64,000 nt of DNA from Amoeboaphelidium protococcarum X5 (taxonomy: Eukaryota > Fungi > Aphelidiomycota): assembly GCA_023515725.1 (NCBI GenBank), contig JALDTO010000179.1:260039-324038 (forward strand), given 5' to 3'. The notes under the pieces are model-generated. The model had not been told where the DNA came from and did no database searches. It was given only the letters and a program-made list of their open reading frames with translations. Below, in pieces: positions 52,572 through 64,000 of this stretch; positions within the stretch are counted from its first letter, which is position 1; each line of letters starts with the position of its first letter. The position numbers and the translations under genes were made by a program.

Positions 52572-55265
52572 TCAATCCTAAGACTCGAATAGAGTCACAA
52601 GCTCCTTAACATGCTTTGCAATTTCATACGCAGCTGCGGCTAATTTCTGCTTACTTGGCTTCACCTGCTATGACTATTATTATTATTCAGAAGTGGAGGT
52701 GGCTGACTGTGTCATCTGAGCACCCATCTCATTCAGCTTCACATTGCTCGTTGTCAGGGAATCGAGAATATCAGAGCCCTTCTTCTGCTGCTGTGCAGAT
52801 TGACAATGCTGATTCAGCGTTGCACCAGACTCTTTGGTCAGACTTTTCACCACAGTGCCAATATTGTCAATAGACTCTGTAAATTCTGCACCAAAATTAG
52901 ACTACTTCATGGCCAGGAGGAGCACTTGGATGTTTTGCACAATCAAATCTGTCTACTGCTCCAAGTACGATCTCAACTCTTCTACAGTAAGCACATTCTT
53001 AGCCTAAACTGACGGCTTTACGACTCTCTCCATCGTCTTTTCCATATGATTATTATTACCGCTATCACCGCCATTCATGCTGCCAGATGCAGCAGACATT
53101 GGAGTCACAACTTCAGAGTAGGACTCTTCACCATTGGCAGATGGAAGCTACTGTTTTAAGTGAGCATCTGATCCATCAACGAGGACTTTCAACAGGGAGA
53201 CGGCCTTTCGCACAGAATCCACCAGGTTCTTTGCAGCAGATGTGAGAGCATTATAGTTGCTGGATACATCCAATTTTTTCGTGATATCATTGACCAAATT
53301 CTTACTAACACTCACTAGCTGATTCATGTGATCATTGATGTTGTTATTGATAGTACTCAGCTCCTTGTCAGACTTCGATGACTGCTGGACAACATCCATT
53401 ATGGCTTTACATGAGGTGACAATTGATCTCGCGGAAATGGCAAGTCCTTATGCGTCTTTATCTTTACCATAAGTGAGCATATTCTTCAGATCCATCTTGA
53501 AGAAGATCAGCACCGAGGTGGAGAAGCGTCCTTGATGATCAAAAAGGGACATGTTATTCAGATCCAAAGCATCCAACAGCTCTTCAGACTGCTCCTTCTT
53601 AGAAGCACCACTGTTCTTGCCCTTCTTATAATCGGACAGCTACTTGTTCAAAGCCTCAATCTCATCAGACAGACTCAATAGAGTAGCATCCTTGGTATCA
53701 ATAGCACTCCGCAAATTCTCATGCTCCACAGATTTTTTGGCCATTTGCTCATTCGCAGCTGCCACCTTGTCCTTGTGCTCTTTCAACTCCTTCTCTTTAG
53801 ACAGAAGTTCAGCTTTCAGAGATTTCACCTACTCTTAGTACGTTGAGATCTCATCTTCCAAATCTTTTTACTTCTGAACGGCATCACTCAAACTACTATC
53901 CATCTCCTGGATGGTCTGCTTGTAAGCAGTGATGTCAGCCTCAAGCTTCTGTAGCTCTTCTGTATTCACAGATAGCTTAGTGATGAGATCCTTGTTCCTC
54001 TGCTGCAACTCTTTTTAATCAGCCTCCAACTTTTGTCTGGTACTTTTCTGCTCCTCAAGCTAAGCATTGGCCTTGTCCAAATTGGTTGACATTTACTTGA
54101 TCTCTTTTCGCAAGGAATCAACCATATCACTGCTAGATGATGGTGCTACTGCCGCTTTAGAGTCAACTTATCGACTCTTGTCGCCATAATTATCATCTTC
54201 CTTGCTCAGGCTACTCAATCGTGGCTTTGCCTGCACATCCAGAGGAAGACTACTGGTCTGCTTTACCATCTCTTTACTACTTTAACCGGAAGACTATTAA
54301 ACCTTTGTTGAAGACGTTACCTTCTGAGAAGAGGATGAAGAGGACTTAAGTGGCACAGTATTACTACTAGGAGACGTGACAGCATCAGTAGCAGGAGATG
54401 GGTTGTCAATCATTGAGCCCAGATCAGCCATAAGATTATCAAGAGACGTAAAGTTTACCATTCCCGTGACATCCTTCAATCCCTAAGCAGATTTCTTCTC
54501 AGAGCTTGGTGCTTACTTTGGCTTTGAGACGGATGAATCGTTAGACGTGGTGGTCTTTGTCTGATTATTAAACTCCTGGCTCTTCTGCTTTACAAAATCA
54601 GGCTTCTTCGGAGTAGAATCAAGTGATGCAGCTTATGTGGTAGATGGTTATTACAACTTACTAGTGTTATTAGTATTATTACCCATGGATCCCACTTCAC
54701 TGACGCTATAAGTAGCAATCGATACATCGCTCTTATAGGCTGCGTCAGATCCACCACCTTGATAACTGTTAGCAGATTGTGGTTCAAGCACCTCCGGATA
54801 CCTTCTCTCCAACTCACTGAAAACATCAGAAGCCAAATCCTTGAAGCGATTCATACTGAGAGTGGCCAACTTCTGCCTGGCCTGATTCCGCTTCTGATGA
54901 AAGCTATCATTCACTGGCAGAAATTGCACCTTCTCACCATTCTCATTACCGGGGATGAGACGTCGGTTCATCTCATCATAGACATCAGTGGACAGTTCAT
55001 GGAATTGAGATCCATTGAGTCGAGTCAACTTATCTCTTGCCGACTATCGCTAACTAGAAATTCCTGCTTACTCTACATACACACAATATAATTAACTGGA
55101 GTTGATAGCCAGTGACTTTGAACAATACATAAATCAATGTAATATCATACCTTTCAATAAGTGACTACGCAGAAAGTCCTTCAATGCAGAGTGATGTTTA
55201 GCTGCACTTTACTGCAGATCATAATCTTTATTATTATTACTATTACTCTGACTAATACTTGACAT
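52572..55265 (-). CDS. SPA2: Spa2/GIT-like polarity scaffold; intron 55073-55150
   Basis: Two GIT_SHD repeats (RDKLTRLNGSQFHELSTDVYDEMNRR; RNQARQKLATLSMNRFKDLASDVFSELERR), a coiled coil and C-terminal YEIAKHVKELV. Confidence 0.85.
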
Positions 55266-55888
55266 TTTCTGATAAATAGTCCGAGTGTTTAAATTTCAAC
55301 TTAATCGCGGATTATATTTATACTAACAGTTACTTGATAATAGATAGAATTAATCCAATGGGGCAATTACAAACAAATCAGATATTAACAAAATGACAGA
55401 CTAGATGAATTTATAATAATAACTAACAATGCTATTGTTGCTGTTGTTGAAATTAAAAAGGAATCAAACGGAATCGTCAAAAGTTGAAACAACGTCGGGC
55501 GGTCAAACAACAACAACTGTTACAGTTTTTCGTCAGCTTGCAATTTATCGGCAATTCAACGCGGCGCTCTGATTGGTCTCACTGATTGAGATTGAACGTT
55601 GGTGTAACACTCGGAAACTGTGTACCTTTTAATTCTTCATTCAATGTTTGAACTACTGTGGCACTTATTTCAGTCTTTTTTGCAAATTTTTTGGATCTAC
55701 CATACATTCTTTATAAACTATACAAGCAGATGAAGATTTATGAACTTGTCGTATGATCGTCTTCAATTTTCGTCCTCAATTTTCCCGCGTTGAAGCATTA
55801 CTTTCCGTAAGAGCTCGATTTGATAGCGCCGCTCTTTTCTTTATACGTTCTGTGCTGTGTTTAGTTCCTAATATACTCTTCTAACGTA

Positions 55889-56923
55889 ATGTTACAAGAT
55901 CAGTAGAATGTTGGCGTTTCTTTAATCAGCAGAGTTGTGGAGCTAATTTAGCTGTATGTCGATGTTGTAGTTTTAGATTAGTTACCCGGTAAAGAAGAAG
56001 AGTTGGTAAAGTAAGCAGTGGATGTGCACAGGAGTGTGGAACGTGCCGGTCTGTTCTCTGTCAATGAAGAGGCTCAAGATCTAAGTACTTAATCCATGCT
56101 ATGTTTGGTGGTGTATTTTATTGCTGGTTATTCACTCACCTCCTATGGCCATTTATTGTCTACCACAGATGCTTAAATAGATGAACAAGTGCGTAATTAG
56201 ACGCGTTTGAATGTTTTGAATGACTCCAAGTCGACTGTTTTACAAGGCTTAGAATGGATATAATCCTATAAGCTAGTGGATGACTTTAGTTTGTAAGATT
56301 TATAGCGTTCAAAGCCAGCAAATGTATCCAGGGAGGATAAAATTGCATAATTTAAGGCTAAAAAGCTGTTGTAATAGTAAGTTAGTGATCTCTCTGCACT
56401 CAATACCAGTGTAGATGAAGAGCATAGACGGGAATTTATACGTACCAAGTGGTTAAAGTATGTGACTATTGAAAGTTGCGCGCTCTTGCAGATGATTGAT
56501 GATGAAATTTAGCTCATCAAGCAGAAGATGGAAGATTCTACTGATCGTTTCCAGTAAAAGTAAAGAGATGGTGGTTCAGTGCAGTTCTCAAAGTCTTCAA
56601 CTCCATAGTCAGGACCATTGTTGTCCAGGGAAGGCAAACCATTGCGTCCGTTTGTGATAACTGTCCGTAATGAATTGTAAAAGCAAGTGTTTCGTCCTGG
56701 CCACAATCTACCTACAATGTCTATCGATCAGTACCTAGAGAATGAAAGAGCACGCGGCAACATCTTGTCTTAGAATGACTCATCATAAGATGCGTAGAAA
56801 AGTGAACAAGACGAAGACATTTTATAGTACGATGAAGCTGCACGTCAGAAGGCTATATCTTGGGATCAGTTCAAAGAAGACAATCCTAAAGGCTGGGGCA
56901 ATAAGGGAAGCAATATTGGATGA
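55889..56923 (+). CDS. TAP42: PP2A-associated protein Tap42/alpha4
   Basis: GLFSVNE, GKPLRPFVIT, VFRPGHNLPTMSIDQYL and WDQFKEDNPKGWGN. Confidence 0.92.
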
Positions 56924-57231
56924 ATATTTCTTCTGTATTTATTAAATCTAATAATGAGTTAATTATAGTGTGAACGTTAACTGGATACAATCGATGAGTG
57001 TTTCTCACGTTGTCGCGTCGATCGATTTCTATCGCGTTTCACTTTCTCTCTCACTGTTCTCATCTGTGGGTGGAATTGTTTTGTTTCCGTTTCACTCGGT
57101 CAGTCAGTTTCATCTTTTAACTTTCTTCGCCTTCATGTGAAACAATTGTGTTTCTGACGTTATTTCAGTAGTAGTTATAGTATTCTAATTATTTTCTTGA
57201 TATATTTGTGTATTCTAGTATTATCTATATA

Positions 57232-59610
57232 ATGATGAGTTCAAGTCAGAGTATGTCTACGCAGCAGTCTTTATAATAGAATATATGGGGATACATCTTC
57301 ATTATTCGCAGGGATGGATCACATGGAAAAGGACTGGCCATAGATAGTCCAGATTTAGTTTTTGGCAAGAGTGAGAATGCAGACATTCGTATCATGTTGC
57401 CTGGAGTTGATGATATCCATGCAACTCTCACTGTGAATCAGGATGGGAAGGCGGTGTTGACCAAGAAGGGCAAGTTTGATACATGGCTGGATGGATAACT
57501 GGTGGAACAGTCAGAGATTGTCAAAGATGGCTCTGTATTTAAGATTTGTGAACGTAGTTTCGTATTCTGTTATCCTGAATCAAAGGTGGTTGCACAGAAT
57601 GCTCCTCAGTCTCTGCCTAGACGCAACATGGCTCATGCGAAGACTAGTGTTAAGAAGATGAGAAGACCATCCATGACTCTCGGCAGTTATTACTCGACTG
57701 TTAAAAAGGATCTCACTTCCATTCTATCATCTGTCAAGTCTTCATCATCATCTGGTTAACAGCCTTAATAGAAGGACACTAATCCAACAGCTGGAGAACT
57801 AAATGTAAAGAAGAGTGTCAGAATGAGTCAGACGTTATCCTTTGCCGCGAGCTCTTAAAATGATAGATCAACTACTCCTCCTACGGTTGCAGATTTGAAG
57901 GTAATAGCGGATAATCCAGTTGAGAAATTGTTATTCAGCCCGAAGAAGACACCGAAATCTGATAGAAAGTTGGTCAAAGTTGTAAAGACTCCAGATATTT
58001 TGTCTCCTCATAAGAAGCGCAAGACTCCATCTGGATCTGCAAAAGCTGTAGTTAATCGTACTTAGTCAGCCGGTGGTAGTTTTTAGCACAAACCTCATTC
58101 CTGTGCTAGTCCTCTTGTTCGCAAATTGGTGCCAATCAAGGAGTCTTCATCTATTGACGATACTGATGATTTGCATAATAGTGTCTTTAACAGTCCAGAT
58201 GCTAATCTAAAAATGGTGGATAACGACTCCATAACTTTGAATGATGATGTTGCGGATGCTAGTTTCTTTCCGATGGTTGCTGAAGATTCTAAAAATGAAT
58301 AGACTAAGTTGGACGTGAAAGCTGACAAGACAATGACTTTGTCAGAAATTGCAGAAGAACATGGCGAAGCTGAAGACAGTATCGATCAGTCGAATGAGCC
58401 TACTGAGGATACTGATAATTAGGAAATTCTGCCTGATTCTTTGAGCTCTGCATAATAACCGTAGTCCCCACCACCGGCTTAGACTTCTACCAATTTACCA
58501 GACTTGCTAATGTCTCCTCGTCGTGGGTCTCTTCGTTGTCGTAAGGGTCGAATGTCATTAATTGCTGTTTCAAAAGAGAAGGCAAAGAGTCGTTAATCTG
58601 TGATTTAAACGTCTAACTTGAAGATTGATCTTAAGTTGGCTGTGAAGAAGGAATTGACAGTGAAAGAAAGTCCCCGCGTGGATTCAGTTGTTGAGGATTT
58701 TGAAGGGAAGACTGATTCTGTTTAGATTGTTGAGAAGACTTCCTGTGAGGAGATCAAAGTCACGCAATAGGTTTTGATGACTGACTAAGAGTAAGATGCT
58801 ACTTCTGATGATGTTAATGGTGAATGTGATAAAGCTGCGGCAGCAAGTGCTGAAGTGGTGCCAGAAAAGGATATTGATTCCGATCGTCAATCAATATAAC
58901 CTATTCCTGAATGTGAGGCTCCCGTCGATGCAGCAGTATAGGGAGATGAGACTGTCGTTGATAGTAACTAGAGCGTTATTGAATCGGTTATTGAAGTGAA
59001 CTAATCTTCGCATGTTGAAGAAGTATGTATTATTGAATAGACCGATGTAAGTGATCAAGCAGTCACAGAAGATAGCGAGAAGTAAAACGTTGATGCCGCT
59101 GAAAAGGTTAAAGAAACTCAATAAGAATAGATTGAATCAAATACTGCTAAAGTTGACTAAGCAGAAGATGTTGATGAAGATAAAAGTCGTGAGTCTTAGC
59201 CTTAAGTTGATGATCCGGTAGATTAGAAGGATGAAGGCTCCATCGATCCGGAAGATACTGCTAACGCTAAAGAGAATCTACCGGAATAGAATCAGTAGTA
59301 GGTTGATGATAACACTGCGGATTAAAATAACGACGAAAAATCTTCTGAGGAGATTAACGAGGAGCCAGTAATAAGAAAGCCTGTGACTAGATCTAGAGCG
59401 ACCAAGAAGAGTAAAGCGGACTCTGCAGCGAAGAATTTAAAGTCAGAAGCTACGGCAATTCCGTCCTCTGTAAAGTCCAAGAAGGGAATTTCTGCCACTT
59501 CTAAAGCTACCGCTACCAAGAAGAAACTGTAACGTAAAATTGACTTGAGTTCGGATGCTCCTGTCCGTAGAAGTGCCCGATTACGATCCAATGTCACCTC
59601 CAGTCATTGA
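57232..59610 (+). CDS. FHA-domain (Ki-67-like) protein with a long disordered tail
   Basis: N-terminal IIRRDGSHG...VFGKSENADIRIMLP...H...KDGSVFKICERSFVF. Followed by basic SP/TP-rich, acidic and basic segments. TGA at 59608. Confidence 0.7.
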
Positions 59611-59785
59611 TTAATATAACGACTGTTTATGAAGATGTCAGAATGAAATTGTAAATATATAAGAATGTGGTTTAGTAATGTAAAAATTCAAATTTATTAT
59701 GCTTAAACTGCAGTAAAATATTCAATCTTAAGACTAAAGGAGCATTTTATTATAAAATTGTCTTAGTCCAACTATCAATCTTTAA

Positions 59786-61174
59786 TCATTCAGTCTTTTA
59801 AACGATGAGCTAGTCAGCGTCAACTAACTTCTATTTCTGCACCTTGAGAATACCTTTGGCTGCATTCTTGATAATGACTCTACGCGATAATCCTTGAGCA
59901 TCAAAGTAAACCAGCACAAGATCCTGACCAATGCCAACAACTTCCCCTGCAAATTATCCCGCATCATCACCATATCTATGAGTAATCAACTCAATTGTGG
60001 CTTTGCCCGACTCCTCTGTAATTATACGAACACTCTGCTCAACGCCGCTCATCACATTAGAAGCAGCCACCATTGATTGTGCCATAGCGTACCAGAAATC
60101 AGTTCTCTATTGACCAGCTCTACCCATACCGGTGGCACTCATTAGCATATTACCAAATTGCTCTGAGCTATACACCACAACCTTGGTGAACTGACGAGTA
60201 ACGTATCCGATACTTTTGGTGCCGGAACGCAAGAATTTCACGTAAGATTTCACAATTGGCGATACTATGGTGGCTTTATCGTTTGGTGCAATCTTCTGCT
60301 TCAAGTAGTCTTTAGTAGAGTGCATGGACGTACCCAGATGTTGAGCTGCAGATATCATACCAGAACTCACAGCCATACTACTTTTAACAGCACTATCAGC
60401 CATGGATCTGATCATGCTCTTCTGCTGGTGCTAATCAGAAGCTGATGTATCAACAGCCTTCTCAGTAAAGTCAATATCCTCCTGGTTCACCTTCTCAGCA
60501 ATACCCATCACACTATCTTTGGCTTCAAATACTACCGGCTCAGTCTTGCTCATCACTGCATGTTTAGCAGTCATCAGCACTCCATTAACAGATTCTGTAA
60601 TCTACTTGAAAGCAGAAGAGTCCAAAATCTACTAAATCTAACCACTAATGGTGTCCACAATCGCCAACTGTCCTTTATGTGCAGCCAGCTAATAGCTTGA
60701 GTGATGCGCTAGGAACTGTTCAAACAAGTCAACTGGACTCTATGATTGAGACTAATCTGTCTTTTCATTATCCACCTTTTACTTGTTAGCGCTAGAACCG
60801 CTTTAATCATTTGATGATGCAGATATCTCAATCTTGAATAGGGCAGATGAAGAATCTGCATTCGGAAAAACGAATCCATTATCACCCTATTTGTACACCT
60901 ATGATTGCGGTGTCAGTGGAATACTAAAATCAGTATCAGCTATTCCCAGAAGATGCATCGGTACAGTTTAGTGGTTACCAGAAGATTAAGCAGATTGCTA
61001 CTATTAAACACTATCCAAATTCATTCGCCACACTTGTAAAATACCTTCAGCCACCTTGGCACCATTCTTTGATAGATCCACCACCTTCACATTGTCATAG
61101 GATGCAATCATAATAGTCGATTACACCTAGATAGGAACAGCATCCTAGAACTCTTCGCTATTAATATTACTCAT
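59786..61174 (-). CDS. Senescence/spartin-associated domain protein
   Basis: C-terminal SGVEQSVRII...TIELITHRYGDDAG...GLSRRVIIKNAAK matches the senescence domain. Confidence 0.75.
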
Positions 61175-61739
61175 ATTCTATAAATTGTTTCAGTTATTTT
61201 GTTAATAGTAGAAGGAGGTAGTTAATAGATGTGATATAATGTAAACAAAACAAGGAAACAAAGCGGAAAGATCTTACAGTTGAATTTGAATGAGTGTCTG
61301 CTGGCGTTGAAGGATTGATTGACGTTTCTCCTGCCTGACTCTGAAACTGACTCGATCGGAACGAATCTTATGCGCTCGTTGATTCATCGATAGTCACACC
61401 GCGCGGCTGAACGTGAAACAAGACTTAAAAGGTTTTGATGAATCTGTAATGATATCGGATGAGTGTGTAATTTCATACCTCCTTATTTTATGCGTACTCC
61501 TGGCTATGTGGTTTGCAATATCAATTATTAAAATGTATAGATCAGTTGTTACTTAGTTATATTTTAAACTAGTTTATTAATTACTTACTATATATCACAT
61601 TTCACTTCCTATCTAAACGGAATACAGAGTCGAACGGTACCATCTTATCTCCTTTATGAAGCTTTTTAAAGTCATCTATAACCATTATCATTGCAACATC
61701 TCCAGCAATTCCTAGTACATATGGGCAAACTAAAAGACT

Positions 61740-62480
61740 TTTGTGTGATAAATGTACGCGTTGACTAATGTGACGTCAAAAAGATGATGGTATATGATGA
61801 ACTAGTACTTTTTGCGTAATCTTCTAGCTGTTTTACGTCCAAACTTCATCTGATCATTTTTACCCACGCCAGGCATAGCAGCATTATAAATGTGAACCAC
61901 ATTGGGCTTCCCATCACGCCTAATCAAAAAGAACTTCAACCAGCTGTTACAGCTAGGCGTCATTGGGCTTCCCATTACGAATCCGACTCTGTTCCATTTC
62001 CCCAAACGCCCAGAAGATAACCAGTCAGGCATCACCAACTGACGATAGAATGCAGACAGGCTTCTTGTCAAACCAGTTGATGAGCATGAAGCGATTCCAA
62101 AACATTTTAAAGATATTTCCTTTCAGATGCTTTTTGTAAGGCACCTGCAGGACACTCTTTGGCAAATGACGACGATTGATTCAAACAGTACCAATAAAAT
62201 CAGTCTGGCGTTGAGATAACTCGTATGCCAAGTTTACATCAGTGTAAAAATTATCAGTGGCCAGTAGGTGTCCTTAGTCAAGAATTGACTTCACCTCAAT
62301 GCTCATCAACGTCCATACAATCTATCCTGGCTTGGACAAACCTTTGGGCACCCAATCACTCGTTCTCGTAGCAGCACCATTATCGAACAGAAACCGATAA
62401 CAATAGCCATGTGTGGAAGATGCCAGGCAACACACTTTGAACCCAAACCGTGCAGCTTTCAATACTTTTACTTCAATCTA
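61740..62480 (-). mobile_element. Decayed piggyBac-type (DDE_Tnp_1_7) transposase fragment
   Basis: RFGFKVCCLASSTHGY, GHLLATDNFYT, IGTV*INRRHLP, WFDKKPVCILSS, KPNVVHIYNAAMPGVGKNDQM and DVTLVNAYI. Carries in-frame TGA stops and a frameshift. Confidence 0.8.
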
Positions 62481-62940
62481 GGCCCACAAAGTCTGCACTT
62501 AATAACATCAAAATGCTGTATGGCAATAGCTATTCGGATAAATTTCAATTTTACATTGAACAGTCAGTCTTAGGTTCAGCCATTAAAAGACTCGCATTTC
62601 TACAATTTAACACTGTCTAGCATTTATATGATACGGATATCAATATTTCTATACTTCCAGGCCTGTATAAGACATAAAATTATCATAGTATCAACTAAAC
62701 TCGGCCGATTGTAACACTTGTTTGTTAGAAATCGCACAGCATTACGGTAGAAACGGATAAGATGGTTCTCTCCTCTCGTCGCCTCTAAAAACCACAGAGG
62801 GAAAGAGAAGAGGAGCGAGAGCCGTTCGTTCCTTTCGCGCCTACATTGAATCAGGATTTTACACTTTGCAATTACTACTACGGACATTGTACTCTTCTCC
62901 ATATATATAAAACCTTTTATTAGATTGACAATTATATAAA

Positions 62941-63392
62941 ATGAGTTGGTTTGCACCTGCATCAAAGACTTTGTGTGAATTGCGCTTACACCTCTGCCAG
63001 ACATCTGCTGGTTCTCAAGGACTTCGGTATGGCTATTAGAAATATATTTATATTGATTGTTATAATTAAACTAGATGGTGATGATAATACATCTTGTATG
63101 TGTGTAAATTTAATTTGTAGAGAGTTTATTATGAAAAATTACGTTCCAATGAAGAAGGCTGTCGGTCCTCAGTTTCCAATCTTGGTTAGGGAAGCTAGTG
63201 GATGCGAAGCGCGTGCTATTGCTAGATATGGTAACTTTTTGAATTCTCGATTTTTCTATATTGAAATATTTAACCACATAACAATAATAAAAGTGTGTAG
63301 ATTATGGAGTGGAAAAGAAAATCTCTTTGGACAATCTCAAGTCTTCAGAGATTCAAGACAAGTTGAAGCAGTTGATCTAGTAATAATAGTGA
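62941..63392 (+). CDS. NDUFA2: NADH:ubiquinone oxidoreductase subunit NDUFA2 (B8); introns 63027-63120, 63231-63300
   Basis: ELRLHLCQTSAGSQGLREFI...PILVREASG...ARYDYGVEK. Confidence 0.92.
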
Positions 63393-63445
63393 AATGATTG
63401 CTTAGTGGATTTTATTTACATCACATTATATTTTAAGCTCTTAGA

Positions 63446-64000
63446 TCATTGCCGCGTGATGAGCGTATGTTACTTGACTATTTTCTCTAGATTTTTCATA
63501 CTTTCAGCAGGATCTGATTTAGTGTTTAGTGGTCGAATCTCTTCTATGGATGTCTAACATCTGCAGCAGGTCAATCCATCTCGTTGCGCTTCATAAAGAC
63601 ACGCGTAACAGAACGAGTGACCGCACTTGACACTAACATACGCGTTCACAATAACATACTTTCTACTACTAATCTATGACAGATCAGCGATGGAGGTGGT
63701 GTTTCCAGTCTTGTGCTCATGACGTATAACACAGAATCCACACAGATCAGACGGTAGCTACTTCAACTATTTAAGCTATAATGTGGACAATCTATCGCTC
63801 TAACTCTGTCGAAATATTCCAATAATTGATCTGATTCTACCAACGTTTATCAGGGGAAGTATAAAGGTGGCAAACTCGCCCAAACTGGTCCAAACCATCA
63901 ATCTGTTCACATACTCAAGATCAAGAGCACGTGCGGCATCTATATCACTCTTATACATCACGATACCCAGGCATCTATGTACCAGCGATCTGTATATTCC
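63446..64000 (-). CDS. PEX2: Peroxin Pex2 (RING), 3' part only
   Basis: YRSLVHRCLG...EYVNRLMVWTSLGEFATFILPLI and RING CGFC...CGHSFCYAC...CCRC. The 5' end lies beyond the window. Confidence 0.85.

Noticed and set aside
61560-62620. piggyBac terminal inverted repeats at TTAA sites
   Set aside because: Several TTAA sites exist, but I could not find a matching inverted pair.
1-64000. Interpretation as mass pseudogenisation or sequencing error because of frequent TAA/TAG
   Set aside because: The interruptions are only TAR, fall at Gln positions and come without frameshifts or internal TGA in essential genes.

Overview
This is a compact, gene-dense eukaryotic window from a fungus-allied lineage. 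It does not use the standard genetic code: TAA and TAG are read as Gln and TGA is the only stop (translation table 6). The supplied standard-code ORF track is therefore fragmented, and I rebuilt all CDSs by hand. The code, together with POM152, SPA2, GUP1 and BUD22, is consistent with an aphelid such as Amoeboaphelidium; this is inference. About 30 genes are present, mostly housekeeping: dynactin p150, WDR83, MRE11, GUP1, UTP25, MAK5, RER2, POM152, HEM3, PAH1, RNH202, ENT3, CDC23, SMC2, BUD22, delta-6 desaturase, ALG13, NDUFS4, DUF1640, SPA2, TAP42, spartin-like, NDUFA2 and PEX2. Accessory elements are two inverted, recently duplicated and locally diverged PD-(D/E)XK nuclease-kinase (Crinkler-type) genes, a tandem pair of beta-propeller/mucin-stalk membrane proteins, a fucosyltransferase-FN3-GT15-like fusion, a Ki-67-like FHA protein and a decayed piggyBac transposase. 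The non-coding patterns are an extended TGTAG 3' splice consensus and recurrent TGAAAC and GACGCG promoter motifs. Protein family calls come from motif recognition, not database searches.
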